This document shows, piece after piece, positions 27,311-42,663 of a DNA stretch of 64,000 bases. Within the stretch, counting starts at the first letter, position 1, and the number at the start of each line of letters is the position of its first letter. Source of the DNA: the human T2T-CHM13v2.0 reference genome, Homo sapiens; assembly GCF_009914755.1 (NCBI RefSeq), contig NC_060935.1; one strand, written 5' to 3'. The notes beneath the pieces were generated by a model, which was not told the origin of the DNA, did not search any database, and saw only the letters and a list, made by a program, of their open reading frames with translations. The translations under genes and the position numbers were made by a program.

Positions 27311-29710
27311 GAAAAAGGAGAGTGTGAATTGACAATAAGCCAATACATTAACTATTTCAGGTGCTGGTAAGAACGCTGGAAAAAAGTAAAGCAGGATGAG
27401 GATTGTGTAGTAAAAGGAAGATCTCCTTTACAGGAGGAAGCCAAGGAGGGAGCCATGCAGATACCTGGAGAAGTGCATTCCAGGCAGAGCAGGCAGTCAG
27501 TCCAGCCCACACACTGAGGCAAGAGTGTGCTTGGGGTGTGGGAAGAACAGCAAGTGGCCATTGTGCCTGCAGTCTGTGCTCAAAAGGGTGGTGCGAGCTG
27601 CCTTTAGAAAGGTAGCAAGGGCCAGATTGAATAGCACATTGTAGCACAGATGTTTGAGGGATGTGTAATTTGAAACTCTTATCCCAATGACATGATTAAT
27701 GAAAGAGTATCCAATGTAAGATTTTGCAGCAAACAGTATGAAATTGCAAACTTTTGAACCAGGACCCTTCATGATTGAAATAGCACATTCCTATTTACAG
27801 AGGATTACAATTTAATTTTTCAAAGTCCTGTGTAATAATGCTCCCTTTCACATTCATAGTTTTCTAAAATTCCAAATTCTTGAATAATCCCCATTTAAAT
27901 AATCCTAACACAATTGGGAAGCTGCTTGCCAGTAAAGTCAGAAGTTGACCCTAGTAGTTTCTACTCTACTGGGAGCTTATGGGCAGACTCCAGGAGTGTC
28001 TGTTAAGTGATCACTGCTGTTCTGCAGTGGAGCTGGTTAGGCAGATTCTCAGCAGGGTAGAGCCTCTTGCTTAATGCACACAGCAGCTTAGCCAGACTGA
28101 ATTAATTTAGAGTCCTTGGCCCAGAAAGTTTTCCTGGTTCTACTCATAGAACAAGGCAAATCACACATAACAAAATACTTTGTTTCTAGGATTAGTTAAA
28201 AACAAAACCAGAATCTCTTGTATCTTCATTATAATGTAACTCCTTAGGAAAAGGATTTTTATCCTTTTTTTTTTTTTTTAACTTCTGTATCCTCCAGTAC
28301 CTAAAATTATGCCTAGCATCTATTAGGGTCTCAAAAATAGTTGTTTTTAGTGAACAAAGGTCACATTTTATGACCTTTATGTATTTTGTCTGGATTTCCT
28401 ACATCCCTTCATTTGTAATACTTAGAATCAGCGTTGAGGTTCAGAAAGCCCCTGGAGCTGAACAATTAGCTATAGAATGCTAGAGATCCTATGATTCCTT
28501 GAGTATCACCAACACATGGCCTCAAGGCATGGTATAGACCATAGAAATGTTTAACCCTCATAATAAGATTAACCAGAAAACATCCTTCACAAACAGAAAC
28601 TCTGGATTCCAGTGAGCAAAGCCCACCCCCAGAGTCCTGCCCTTTTGAAAGTAGAGTTAGTTCAGGATGGCTGAGAGTGTTGGGCCACAGGGATTAATAA
28701 ACACCCACCCACAAAGGTTTGCGTGTAAGGTGGACCAAGTTGATAGAAAGAGCCCGTTCTTGTTTTTTTTTTTTTTTTTAACATTTTTTTTGGTTAAAAG
28801 TGGAATGTTAACCATGTGTCAACTCCAGGAATATGTTTCAATAATTCATTAATCATTTGGGAAAATAAAAATGGAGATCTTAAAGTAGGCATATTAATTT
28901 AGATTAGTTCCTTTTTAAACAGGCGCTTTATAATTCAGAAAGTTTATCTAAACACTCATAAATGAATTCACATCAACTCATGCACCATCTATTATTCCAT
29001 TTCAGACTGAGAAATAATTCTGGATAATCTATATGTAAATGGCAACAACTCTAACCAAAAAGGTCTAAAGGATCTCAGTTTATCAACTGCTAATTTCTTC
29101 ACTTTGGGGAGGACACTCATTCTCTCTCTTCTTGCTTTGAACCATCTCTTAATAAAGAAAAAGGATCCTGGGGCCGTTTGCTAATAGAGAAGGCTATGAA
29201 AACCATTGTTAATATATAGTTAGTGCATAATTTGAATGACTTCCTGTAAATGAGTTTTTACTAATTAATATTTTTAATAGGGATTCTCAGCGTTCTTCAG
29301 AAAGATGACTTTTTTTCTGCCACCGTATGTGTAATGTGGCTTCTCTATATTTATGACTTAGAGTCATGTTTTGGCCTGTGAAGCACAATAACCTTTCTGG
29401 AGCCAAGTTTTGTCAGTGCTAATACATGCCCTTTACAGCCCACATTCCTTAATTGCATCAAAACACTCACCTGATAGGTGAGCAGTCCTCACACCCTTAT
29501 GAGAGAGGTAAGGTCATTGGTTAGTTTCCATGAAGTTTGGACCGCTCTTCCACACGAGGTTGCAGAAGTGCTGGCAAGCCAGCTGAGATGTGCCTTGAGG
29601 TCGGGGCTGTTCTGGAAGAGGAATAAGGAGCAGGAGTCCAGCCCAGAGGCAGCTCCTGTGGCTGTTGGGTGTTTTACTCTTGAGTCTATCAAGAGCAGTA
29701 AACGTGACCC

Positions 29711-29746
29711 ATGTCATCAGAGCAGTGGCCGAGACTCCCTGGTAAG
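29711..29746 (+). CDS. PPFIBP2: Putative alternative first coding exon: MSSEQWPRLPGK, in frame with exon B
   Basis: In-frame stops just upstream (TAA 29699, TGA 29705), 12 codons, donor AAG|gtaaga in phase 0, 186-nt intron to exon B. Confidence 0.68.
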
Positions 29747-29932
29747 GTAAGAATCTAACTGCAGCTGCCTTCGTTCAGGACACTTCCTCCACCTGCCACT
29801 CAGCAAAAATCAAAATCGTTCACTGTGTGTAAGAGTCAGTGGTGAGATTTAACGGCTCCCCTGAGGTGGGGAGGCTTTCCTGCACCATGTCAAATCCCTG
29901 GTCCTCCACCATTGCTTTATTTCCTGGAACAG

Positions 29933-30046
29933 GTGAGTGTCCTCACAGACCAAGTAGAAGCCCAGGGAGAAAAGATTCGAGACCTGGAAGTGTGTCTGGA
30001 AGGACACCAGGTGAAACTCAATGCTGCTGAAGAGATGCTTCAACAG
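29933..30046 (+). CDS. PPFIBP2: PPFIBP2 coding exon B (114 nt, phase 0-0): VSVLTDQVEAQGEKIRDLEVCLEGHQVKLNAAEEMLQQ
   Basis: Acceptor aacag ending 29932; donor CAG|gtaagg at 30047; lies within ORF 29912..30202. Confidence 0.97.
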
Positions 30047-31907
30047 GTAAGGGCGGGTGCACTGAAGGCCCTTGGGTGCCGAAGCAGCTCATGTGCTGAA
30101 GCCCCTTTGTGTGCCCAGGCTACAGCCCTCGCTGTCTGCTTTCCCATCCTGCCTGGGGGCGGGATTGGCTGCTCAGTTGTACAGTGTTTATACAGCAGGT
30201 GAAACCAACCTGAACGTTGAGAGTGGCAGAGGGGGTAGGGAAGGGAAGGGCTGCCCTGAGATGAATAACCTGCTGAGCTGGTTAGACAGATTCCCAGACA
30301 GCACTTTCTCCAGACCTGGTGCAGTGAGGGAGCGCTCGGCTGGGGGCCTCACCCTCATCCTGTGGGTGCCATCTGGAGTTTTAGAAAGTCAATTCTCAGC
30401 TGATTCTATGCCCCTTTCCCATCTCGCTCTGCCTCTTCCTACTGTATATAGTTTTTAAAATAAAAATATTATATAAATAACCTTTTAGTATAATTTAATA
30501 GATATCAAAATGGAAAAAGATATTTAACTGTTCCCTACCATTCAAATAATGTCTTCTCCTTGTTTTCTTTTTGTCCTTGTTATGTGTACATGTACTTTCC
30601 AAATCTGTAATCACAAGAGATATGCAATTTAGTCCTCAGATTTTGTATGCTTAATATTACATTTTTCCCATTTAAAATTTTTGCTGTATTGTCATCTTTA
30701 CTATCACCTATAATAGATTTTCTTAGTAAAAGTATCAGAATTGACTTAACTTTTTTTCAATTCCTAAATATTTTTACTGTATTACAAATAATGAGCTACA
30801 ATTTTTTAGGAAGGGGTGTTGAATTTTTATTGTATCAAAACTTCAGAATTTGTTGAGAAGCGAATTAGGTTTTTAAATGAAATGTATTAATATATCTAAT
30901 CTTAAATTTTCCTTAAGTCATTCTTACATTTTAAGTTATCTTGAAAATTAAACAATGACTGAAGTTTATGTGTGTATGCCTTATAACTCCTGGCATAGTA
31001 CTTGGCACATAAAAGGTACTCACAATTACTTAAAGAACAAAAGTTTGTTCCTTAAAATGAGTGGATTCAATTAGAGGACTACTTATAATCTTTCCTCCAA
31101 AAGCGCTAGCATTTTTTTTTTAATTGTCATGATCAGCATAAGACTCAGATTGTTTCTTGACAGCATACTGGTGAACACAGGCTTTGCATTTTACCTTTGG
31201 TCTCATGACAAATGTCATGAGAATTAATCTGGTGTTTGTTAGTTTTGTTTGAGTGCCTTTGAAGAACTTTATACAAATGTAAGTCAGTGTTTTTATATAT
31301 ATGTCTTCATAAAAACCCGTTTCAATGATTCAGGAACTTTTGTTTGTTATCTTTTCATTGCTGATTAATAAATTACCACATTCTTGGCGCCATTTGATTT
31401 TCTACTTAGGTTGTGTGCCATTTCTCTTGTTCATAATATTTCCTAAAAATCTGACTAGCAAAAGGAATTGAGGCTTTTTTTTTTTAATTGAATCTTTCTT
31501 TTGAAGACCCAGGAAAGAAAATAGCCTGATGGAAAAAAATCTCAAATGATGAAAGTATTTTCACAAAGAGTGCAGAAAACAACCTACTAGATTGTGTTTT
31601 CAAGTCTGCACAAGGTGTGTTTTTGAGGTGAGAAGGATAAGGGAAGAAGATGATGGAATGGTGTAAACAATCCAGAAAGAGAGCAAGAACATTTGAATAC
31701 GGAAGGGAACGTGTCAGAAGGTTGATGTTTCAGGAAGGCTATGCTGGGAGAGTAACCACATAATCAGAGGTCAACAGAATGCTGCATTGTAGTGCCTGAG
31801 TTATCTGACTGCCTGTGCTGGCTTCTCTGAGCCTTCTCTACATAGCTCTCTATGACAGTGTTTCTGCTCCATTGTCAAAGTCTCTGTGTCAAGGAGTCTG
31901 ATTGTGA

Positions 31908-32316
<409 letters not shown>

Positions 32317-33831
32317 TCAATTACCTTTTTTAGCCCGTTTATTCTAAACCCTCTTTCCTGTGTGCTGTGGGTTTGGTATTGGGCGTGTGGTACCATGTGC
32401 CATAGAGGGTAGATGTCTTAACCTGGCATATTTTGGAGTATGGTAGCCACTTCTGAGTTTCAAAGATTCCTGAACTTGACCAAGTTATTTTTCTGCCCAT
32501 AAGCTTTCATTGTATTCTCTCAAACTGTCAAGGGTCAAATGATAGCAGTGTGCAGTGCTCCTTTCTTAACAAATTGAGTTCAAGCCATAGGACACATCTG
32601 AGCCTCATCTTCCACTCATGTGTTCGCTGGGCTGGGTGGCACCAGAGCTTGAGATCTTTTGAGTTCCCAGATCTAAATCCAAAGTTGAATGTTCGGCCGC
32701 ACATGCTATTGCTTTCCTGAAGTCTGTTTGATGCTGTTTGTGAAGACACTTGATTCTTGCACCACAGTGCTGATGCAATATCTCTGGCTTGGAGTATGTG
32801 TGTATTCTCTGAGCTAGGGACAGGCAAACACTTGCCTGATTTGACTGAGATATCCTGGGCTGCAGGGCCCTTGGCTTCTGGTGGTAGGAGCAAGAATGAC
32901 TCATGGCCTAGAGGCAGAGAATGGAGGCAAACAATTGCCTCTTTCTGCCAGCCTCAGAAACCATTCCTGCCTGGAGCCAAGGCGAGCCTGCTGCTCAAAG
33001 CCTCTGAAGGAAATCCTTTCACTGTCTCAGTGTGCGCCCTTCTAACTGCCTGTAGATAAGGTGCTTCCTCGGGGTTTGCTGCTCCTGATAACCCTGCATG
33101 CTGGAGACATCCTGTCTGAAGGCAGCAGCTGCTGTTCTACTCCAGTTGACTGCCCATGTAGGCCTGGTAATGCTAGATATTCTCATTTTTCACAAGAGAC
33201 TCAAAATCCAGATCTAAAGAGTTAAGGATCTCTGCTTTTAAAATATTAGCAGCTAATTTAAGTTTTTTAAAATGCTGTGTGAATCATACAGTACATACCT
33301 ATAGGTCAAGCCTGGCCTGCAGGCCTCCAATCTGCAACCTCTGCTCTAGACTTGGCCCCTTCTACAGGCTGGAATAACTCCAGGGGGACTTGGGGAAAGC
33401 CAAATCAATGAGGATAGCCCAAACCTTGTGCTTAAAGGGGCTCCAAGAACCCCATTGAGCTGTCTCTCTCCATGCTGCTCTCCTGACCAATGTCAACCTT
33501 CCTCCAGGAGCACAAGAGGTGAGGAGTTAGTTCCTTACCTAGTTCATGAACAATATACTCACTGTATCCCCAACCACAACATCCTCAGTCTGTCGCTGCT
33601 CAGGGCTGACCTCCCAACTCCCATCTGTTTTTGTCTACACATGAACTCATCCAGCCTCCAGAAAGAGCAAGAAGACCTCTCTTGGGGTTAGACAGGCAAA
33701 TCAGAACCAACCAGAGCCAGCAAAGGGGCAGGTCCACATGAGCCCACCTAGATTATGAACACTTTTCAGGGCAAAATAATGTTTCTGTTTTGCAGCCCAC
33801 GGCAGGATGTGGGATGGGAAGGGAACATGAT

Positions 33832-33958
33832 AGCTACAAGCATCTCTCAGGACTGCTACAAGCAGACAGCTACAAGCATCTCATAGCTGTCAACATACAC
33901 ATATAGACATACCTTGTAGCTGTCTACATAGACAGCTACAAGCATCTCTCAGGACTGC
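33832..33958. repeat. Complex local direct and inverted repeat cluster
   Basis: 25-bp direct repeats at 33832-33856 and 33934-33958; perfect 14-bp inverted repeat at 33913-33942. Confidence 0.9.
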
Positions 33959-33974
33959 CTATGGAAGCACCTAG

Positions 33975-34482
<508 letters not shown>

Positions 34483-36784
34483 AAGAAGAGTCATTTCTCA
34501 AAAGGATCTTTAAGGGAGGGACAGTCTGAGTCAGTTTTCACTGGTCTGGTATTGTCTGAGCCTGAAAATAGAACTCACAGTGCTGGGCTCTGCCTCTTTG
34601 GTCCTTAAGCAGATCAAGGCATTGCTCAGCTGCACAGTGAGGCTATCAGAGGCCAGGGCCCAGAATTGTACACTAGGGTTTCCGGCATGGACCAGCGATG
34701 TTCTTGTGACTGCCTCAAACTATGCTGGCAACAAAAATCTCTGTATCATGGGGAGGGTTTCCCTGGTCTGTGATATAATCGAGGCCTGTGGTGGCATTTT
34801 CTAAAGTAGCCACTGTGAGCTCACTGGGGTCTAGTAGGTTCCTGCACAATAAGCTCCTCTGCCTCTGATCACTGACCCTTCTCTAGAGGAGGAAGAAGCT
34901 GATGCTACTCGGTGGATAAGAGGTTTTACATGGAGCTGGTGGTCAAATGGAGCATTTTCCAGAGACTGGCCATTTACAGATATAATCAATGTAAACAGAA
35001 ACAATGTTCAATGTCAAAACAACACAGGGAAAGGGAGGACTGTGGGGAGCAAGTAAGGGCATAATCCTGCTTTTGGGAAACCTTGGACAACACCAGCCTC
35101 TATTTCTATCCTCCCTACCGACCCAGAGCTTCAGGGTTTAGGCAACTTCATTTTTTTTACTTTTAGGTGAGGTTGGGGAGTGACAAATATAGGGGATTAA
35201 GAGTTCATGGATATGGGTTTCTATAGATTTGCTATTTGCTATTGATCTGGGAAAGTCAGTGTACCTGTTTCCTTATTAGTAGAGAATGAGGATGACAATA
35301 TGGACTCTGTATTGCCTACCTCTTACTTCTCAGAGTTATAGTAAAGTTATTCCACTGTTATTAAGCATGAGCTATCACACAGTGAGTCAAGACACTGAGC
35401 CTAAGACACAGGCCTAGTAGATGGCTGGTAAACTTCCCAGGAGAGCCTTTAAGCAGGTATTTCTATCTCAAAGAGAATATTAAACAGAGCTGTGTACATG
35501 TTCCGGTGGGAACACAAATCTGTCTGAGGTGGGTAAGACAGTGATTCAGAAGTGAAGAAAACAGGAATTTTTCAAATATTCCCCAAAATTCCCTCTGGGG
35601 ATCTATGAGCTAATGAGTTTCTTCATGCTTATCCCATGTGATGTTGGGAATCCAGACTACAGGGCAAAGTAGATACTTTAACTCCATTTTACAGATAAGA
35701 GTGAGGTTCAGAGAGATGATTGAGTTAGTGAGGACTGAGCCTGGCCTCAAACTCGAGTTGACTACAAGCACGTCTTCTCTGCACAGTGTTACTCATGAAA
35801 GAGACTTCCCTGCAAGACCTGGGCCTTTTACTTCAAAGGGCAAAGAGACTTATTTTTCCTTTCATGCCTTTCCATGGCCCACTCTTTCATTCTGGTTTCA
35901 GGTTGCCAGTCTGGCTGCAGTCCTCTGTCATTGGTCGGTAACACCCTGGGTCATATTCCACACTTAAAGATGGAGGTAATTGCTTCAAGATGTGGCCCTT
36001 TAAGGAGAGAATAGGTTGAAAGGCAAATTCTTTTTTTCAGCTTTAGTCAGAGCCTGAGTTTTGGAAAAAGGAAATGATGAGTTGCTCCGAGATATAAACT
36101 TTCTTTCATCTCTTAGAAGAAGTATTTGTCCTTCTGAAAAGGTTAGTGGCAGTTTTGTCCATTGATTTTTTTTCTAAACCTTTATTACCCAGTTTCATGG
36201 TCCATCACAGTAAGTAAAACAAACCACCCTCCCCCAGACCACCTCCCTCCTTATTTGCACAGGGAACCTTCAAACAATTGGGAGCAGAAGCAGAATGATG
36301 CCTGTGAAGCCTTTGCCCCTTATCCTCAGCTCGCTGCCTCCCCTCAACTCCCTCCCCATATACTGCGGTAGCTGCATGACTCCAGCAGGATTCCACCATG
36401 AAGGTCAGGAAGCCTTCAGCAGGGGGCAAGCATTGCCTGGCGAGGATGTGGGTGCTCCAGACAGCCTGGATCAGAGTTGACTCCAGTCTTGGGTGAGAAT
36501 GAGATTAAGGGCTCCAAGAATGTTTTCCTTACAGGATTGACAGAATAAAGGCAGCCAGCAAAGAAAATGGAGAAGAAAAAAGAAAGGTCAGGAAAACCGA
36601 GAGCAAGGAAGATTGGGGTGGCTAGGAGTACCTTACATTGAGTGGATAAAGGGCGAGACAGTTAAGATCTGAGAAATGCAAGCTGCATCTCAAAGTTTGT
36701 ACATTGGTTCCAGGACTATTTCTGTGCCCTAGTTGGTGAAGGCAGAAGCCAGGTTCAGGCAGGCAGAAATCTTGTTGAGGAGTG

Positions 36785-36985
36785 ACACACACATACACAC
36801 ACATGCACCCACACACACCCACCTACTCACCCACCCATACACGCACACACACCCCCCCATACCTACTCACCCACCCATACACACAGACACACCCTCCACA
36901 CACCTACTCACCCAGCCATACACACACACACCCCACACACACACCTACTCACCCACCCATCCACACACACACACCCCCACACCCA
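36785..36985. repeat. CA/CCA-rich compound repeat with recurring cacctactcaccca units
   Basis: Read directly. Confidence 0.9.
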
Positions 36986-37299
36986 TGCATTTGTCCAGCA
37001 AGAGGACATGGGAGTTGACGGTGTTAGCTTTGAGGGCAAGGTCAAGACGGAAGTTTCTTTAGAATGTCAGAAATTTGATCATGTTTATAGCCTGAGGATT
37101 GGGAGCTGATGGTGAGGGAGAGATTAAATGCCTGCCAGAGTAGATGATTGATGGCCCTAACCTAGAGTAGCACAGAGCTTGGTGGGAACTTACTCAAAGG
37201 CAGTACAGAAGTGAGGGAGAGTCCAGGACCATGTGAGCAGGAGCCATTCTGAGTTACCAGCTGGAGGGAGAAACAGGACCAGAACTCAGAGAACAGAGC

Positions 37300-38700
37300 C
37301 AAAGGCTGCTGGTTGACCAGGAAGTTACCGTAAGGTTTATCAAGTTGTATGGGAATGTATGAAGAGTCAGGAGACTGAGAAATAGCCAGAAATGGGAAGG
37401 TCAGTCAGGGGCAATTCAGGAGCAAATTCTGGAAGCATTGTATCCTTTGATGGGTACTTTTTATGTGCACCTGGAAGTATTCTGAACTAGGGAACAGTTT
37501 TCAAAGGTGAAAGAACCCTGCAGAAAAGATGGCAATGTACAATTGTCGCAGTTTATCCTTGGAAAGGAACTATGGGCTTGCTGTTTCTAAGACAGGGATT
37601 TAAGATATATGAATGAGAGATGATGCTAGGAAACTTTGAAATAGAACTTACATTCAGTGAACAGATGCATTTTATCTTTTCAGCAAATACGAGGAGAGAT
37701 TATTTGAGGAGAAGAGGGAGACATGGTAGGGGTTTAGGGCTTGAGCAGAACAGAAAAGACTTGGAACAGTTCCTGAAAGGAGTCAGCCAGAGACAAACAC
37801 AAGTTTTGCCAGGCAGTATTGGAAGATCAGCTGTAATTAGATAGCACAAATTTGTACAGAAACCAACTGGCATCATTAATTGCCTTTCACTAGCAATTTT
37901 TAAGCTGTGGAGAGTGGAATCACGACAAAAGACTAACAAATGCACATGAGGCCTGTTACAGGGATGAGATCCCATGAGGATTTTCTGCTGTGGTATGAAT
38001 ACAATTGGAATGACTCACCTCAAGGTACAGAGTTGATAAGGAGAACAATGTTGCTTCAAGGAAGTTGATAAACCAGGAAAATAGAGTTACTAAGTAACTA
38101 GTGGCCGCAGAAGAAATTAGAGGTTGAGTGAGCAAGTGGGACAGATGAAAGGTCAGAAGATTGTGGCCAGAGGAGAGAATTTCAGAGCTGAAGATTTTAG
38201 AAGCAAAGCAAACACATTCTGGATACACGTGAGATCCATGTGGTGACTGTGCTACTGAGAAGCTGAACGAAATGGAAAGCAAAGCCTGTTGGAGCTGAGG
38301 TCAAAGAATGTGAAGCCAGAGTGGATACTGAATGGGAAAGTTAATAACAAGGATGTGGAAGCTATTGAGGAGACGGAGTGCGCCTAAAGTAGGTAGAAAA
38401 GCTGTTGATCAAGTCAAAAGCCTGAAGGAAGTAGGTTGGTTCCTTCGGTTTGGGGAGAATGTGGTATAAGTGAAGAGCACTGTCTTAGAATAGCAGGATA
38501 GATGCAGATGGTCGGGGGGCAAAATACTGGCTTGGAAGCAGCCCTGGAATAGGGAGCACAGTGTTCTATAAGTTGGGTTGGTGGAAGCTGAGTGGTCTCC
38601 AATTGAAATGACGGGGAAGAATGTGTAATATTGTTGAAAAAACATGATTCACTTTATGTTGGAAGTAGAAGGAGCAATTGAGGATGTAGGATAAGTTAAC
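37300..38700 (-). mobile_element. Ancient L2 LINE ORF2 fossil (endonuclease domain and linker)
   Basis: Minus-strand frameshifted fragments LLNSFHILVIN, TLAS-FFDLSSNRL, SSGHNLLTFHL, QELFQVFSVLLKP and VFAEKIKCI follow the order of recalled L2 ORF2 motifs (GDFNIHVD, TLASQFLDLL, SDH.L.F, LFQTFSSLLKP, YFTEKI). Confidence 0.65.
38332..38388 (+). CDS. PPFIBP2: Putative alternative first coding exon: MGKLITRMWKLLRRRSAPK, in frame with exon C
   Basis: In-frame TGA immediately before ATGG, 19 codons, donor AAA|gtaggt in phase 0. Confidence 0.62.
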
Positions 38701-39230
38701 TCCTATTAAAGCACACATTTTAGAGATCACAGTTCATAATAGTGGCTACGGGCCTTGCTGGATCTGGAGATGGGGAAGTAGAGCTGGACTGGGATAAGTT
38801 TGTTGAAGGCTGATTTTGAGTTTAGGGACCAAAACAGTAATCATGACAGGGGCAAGGGGAAGATGATCATGAAAGGTAGAAGCACATGCTAATAGATATA
38901 AGCTAGAAGAGAATAAGTAAATGTTCTGTTATTAGTGAACTATATGAAATTAAGCAACCTCAGGTTTCTAATTAAAATGTTAGTGTGTCCAATTGTGAAT
39001 GTCTGTTTGGAATGTTAGTGTGGCTAATTCAAACACTGGCATGACCAATTGGAATGGCTGTTGGAACTAGTGAAAATATTGTCTTCATCAGCTGGAACCA
39101 TTGGTATGACTAATCACAACCTGGTAGTTAAAATAGGGATTTTGGCAATGATGGAAGCAGAGTAGACTCTTAGCTTTCAAAAGAGATACATTATGAAACT
39201 TTAAAAAATCACATCAAAGCAGTATTTTGA

Positions 39231-39886
<656 letters not shown>

Positions 39887-40700
39887 TGAGCATCACCTTA
39901 AGGTGTTCAAGTACTCAATAGTGGCTTTGTTTTATTAGTAATTGTCATGTATCTAGGCACTGGCATCTGGTAGGTATTTAAAAACATATTTGTTGAATAA
40001 AAGAATGAAGTCTCTTGGGGGATTTTTTTTTTTCCCTGAGATCTCAGTAGTCTGAAGACATTTTCTTGTGGACCTTGACCTGTGCACTTGTTCCTTTTCC
40101 CCTTTGCATTGGCAGCTGGGAAGCTCACATGTACATTATAGTCCATCTCTAGCTGTTTATAGAAGTTTATGGCATAGATTTTCTACTAACTCTGACTTTA
40201 ACTTATTTTCCTACCTGCTTTAATTTTTATGATTTATTTTTTAATTTGAAATATCTATTTTGCAAACTGCCTAAACACATTTTGGGAATAAGGTAGGTAG
40301 GCAGAAGGATGGAGAACTAGAGAATGAGGTAATAAAGAAAGAGAGGGAGGTAGGGAAAGGAAAGAAGGGTAAGAGAGTAGGTGGTGTGGGGGATGATTAC
40401 ATCTTAAGATACTCACGTACTCAAGACTCAGAGACTCAGATAACTTATTTTATGTGCCCTCACACTCAGGGAAGAACTGCTTAAGGCCCTTTGTGGCCTG
40501 CATAGCCTTAGCACTGGGTCCTGATAGGTAGTATGTGCTCAATGAAATCTTGGCAATTTGAGTGGGCATTTCCTGGGCTCATTGAATATTTGTTGATTGC
40601 CTATTTTAGCATGTTTTTTTAAATGTCTCTTAAAATGCTTGGACTTCTTTCTCTGTTTGGGAAACTGTGATACAATAGACTAAAATGAGTTCTGGAGTCA

Positions 40701-41117
<417 letters not shown>

Positions 41118-42663
41118 TCAAATTGGGATAATATTTATTGCCAACTCATTTGGAGGGTTTATTAAGAAGATGTATACAAAAGCACCAGCAGTCTCTGGTA
41201 CAGAGGAGGCACTCAACAAATTTCAGTTCTCCATTGCATTGGACGCACTCATCTGGCTGACTCCTAGTGGCCAAGTAGCCTGTGCTCTGGCTGCAGTGCT
41301 CCACCTCTGCCTTGTGAGCCAGCTTCCAGTCTGGCTGGCCCAGGAAGAGCTGGCCTCCTTACCCCAGAGCTCGGGGAGCTCATTATGCTGAGTTGCTGGG
41401 CTTCAAGAGAGATACCCATCCCCTCAGACTAGCAGATGAACAGTTTGTTGCCTACCTTTCCCAGGTAGGCTGTTGCCCAGCCTGTTGGCCTGGGGAATCA
41501 TGTATTCCAAGTCAAAAATTTCTGTCCCGTGTGGTTTGATTCATAATCTGAGGACGGTTCCAAATCTGTGACCTCATAGTGTTTGAGTCAGAGTGTTGAG
41601 ATTGCCATTCTTGTGCTGAGCTTGGGTTGCCCAAGATGATACAAAATGTTCAGACCATGGCAGGATATCGTATATTTTCCTTCTGTTCATTTGGCCCATT
41701 GCTTTCCTGGTTGCTGTGTCTATTCTCCTTGCCACAACCTTTGTAGCCAGTGTCTACCATGTGCCGGGATTTTGGACCTCATAGGACATTGCCCTTTGCC
41801 AATGGAAAAATATGTTTCCCTGGACTTTAGGAAATGCTCCTGATTTTTGAGGTCCTTTATAATTCATATTACTTCTAAGTGGGTGTCTTGCCTATCATCT
41901 TTATTTTTTACCTTGTTTATGCTTATGAAGTGTTTTTATTAGTGACAGGTTTGTTGTCAAAGCCCTGGGTTATTTGGTTATAGTCTGCTACTGTTCTAGT
42001 GATGGCAGGACTAGTAATAACCTCCCTGGTCTGTCTTCACAATTGGGAAAGAACAATCTTCTTATTTACATTCCAGAGTGGCCAGATTGTAATTTTGGAA
42101 CAGCCCAGGAAAGATCCATCTCACATAAGATTCCTATGTAATCATTCAACACTCTTTGCACATCTACTTTGTGTTCTAGCTCCTGTCTAGGTTCATTGCA
42201 GTGAAGTCTTGTATTGGAACATGTTGAAAACTGGGCTGAGCATTGGTTGAGCCCAGAAAGTGATCTAGAAATTTTGGCTTTGAAAAAAATATATTGTTAA
42301 CTTAAGCGAGGACCTACTGCTTTGTCTTTTAAAAAATTGAGAAATTTCGTTCTTTGAAAGTATCCATTCACTTTTCTCTACATGGAAATAATGAATAATG
42401 GTCTCTATGGGCAAACACATTTGAGAAATGTAGCTCACCTTGTCTATCAAAGCACAGTGGGTGGTATTGGGGGTGCGCTATCCCTGAGTAGCCCAGCATC
42501 AGCCCAGGCCCATCCATAATAGGCCTGTGACTCTCATGTAGCAGTCTCAATTCTGTGTTGTTGAACACACAACTTAGGTGTTGCCTTATGTGCTGTAAAT
42601 GAAGCCAGAGCTGTTCTTATTGCCATAGTGGTTTCTGATTTCGAGATCTGTTTTTGCTTGCAG

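Noticed and set aside
26827-27348. 173-aa ORF with an internal peptide repeat
   Set aside because: It is simply the antisense translation of the duplicated Alu.
38975-39130. Degenerate repeated gttagtgtg/ggtatgactaat motifs
   Set aside because: They are too diverged to define a unit or family by eye.
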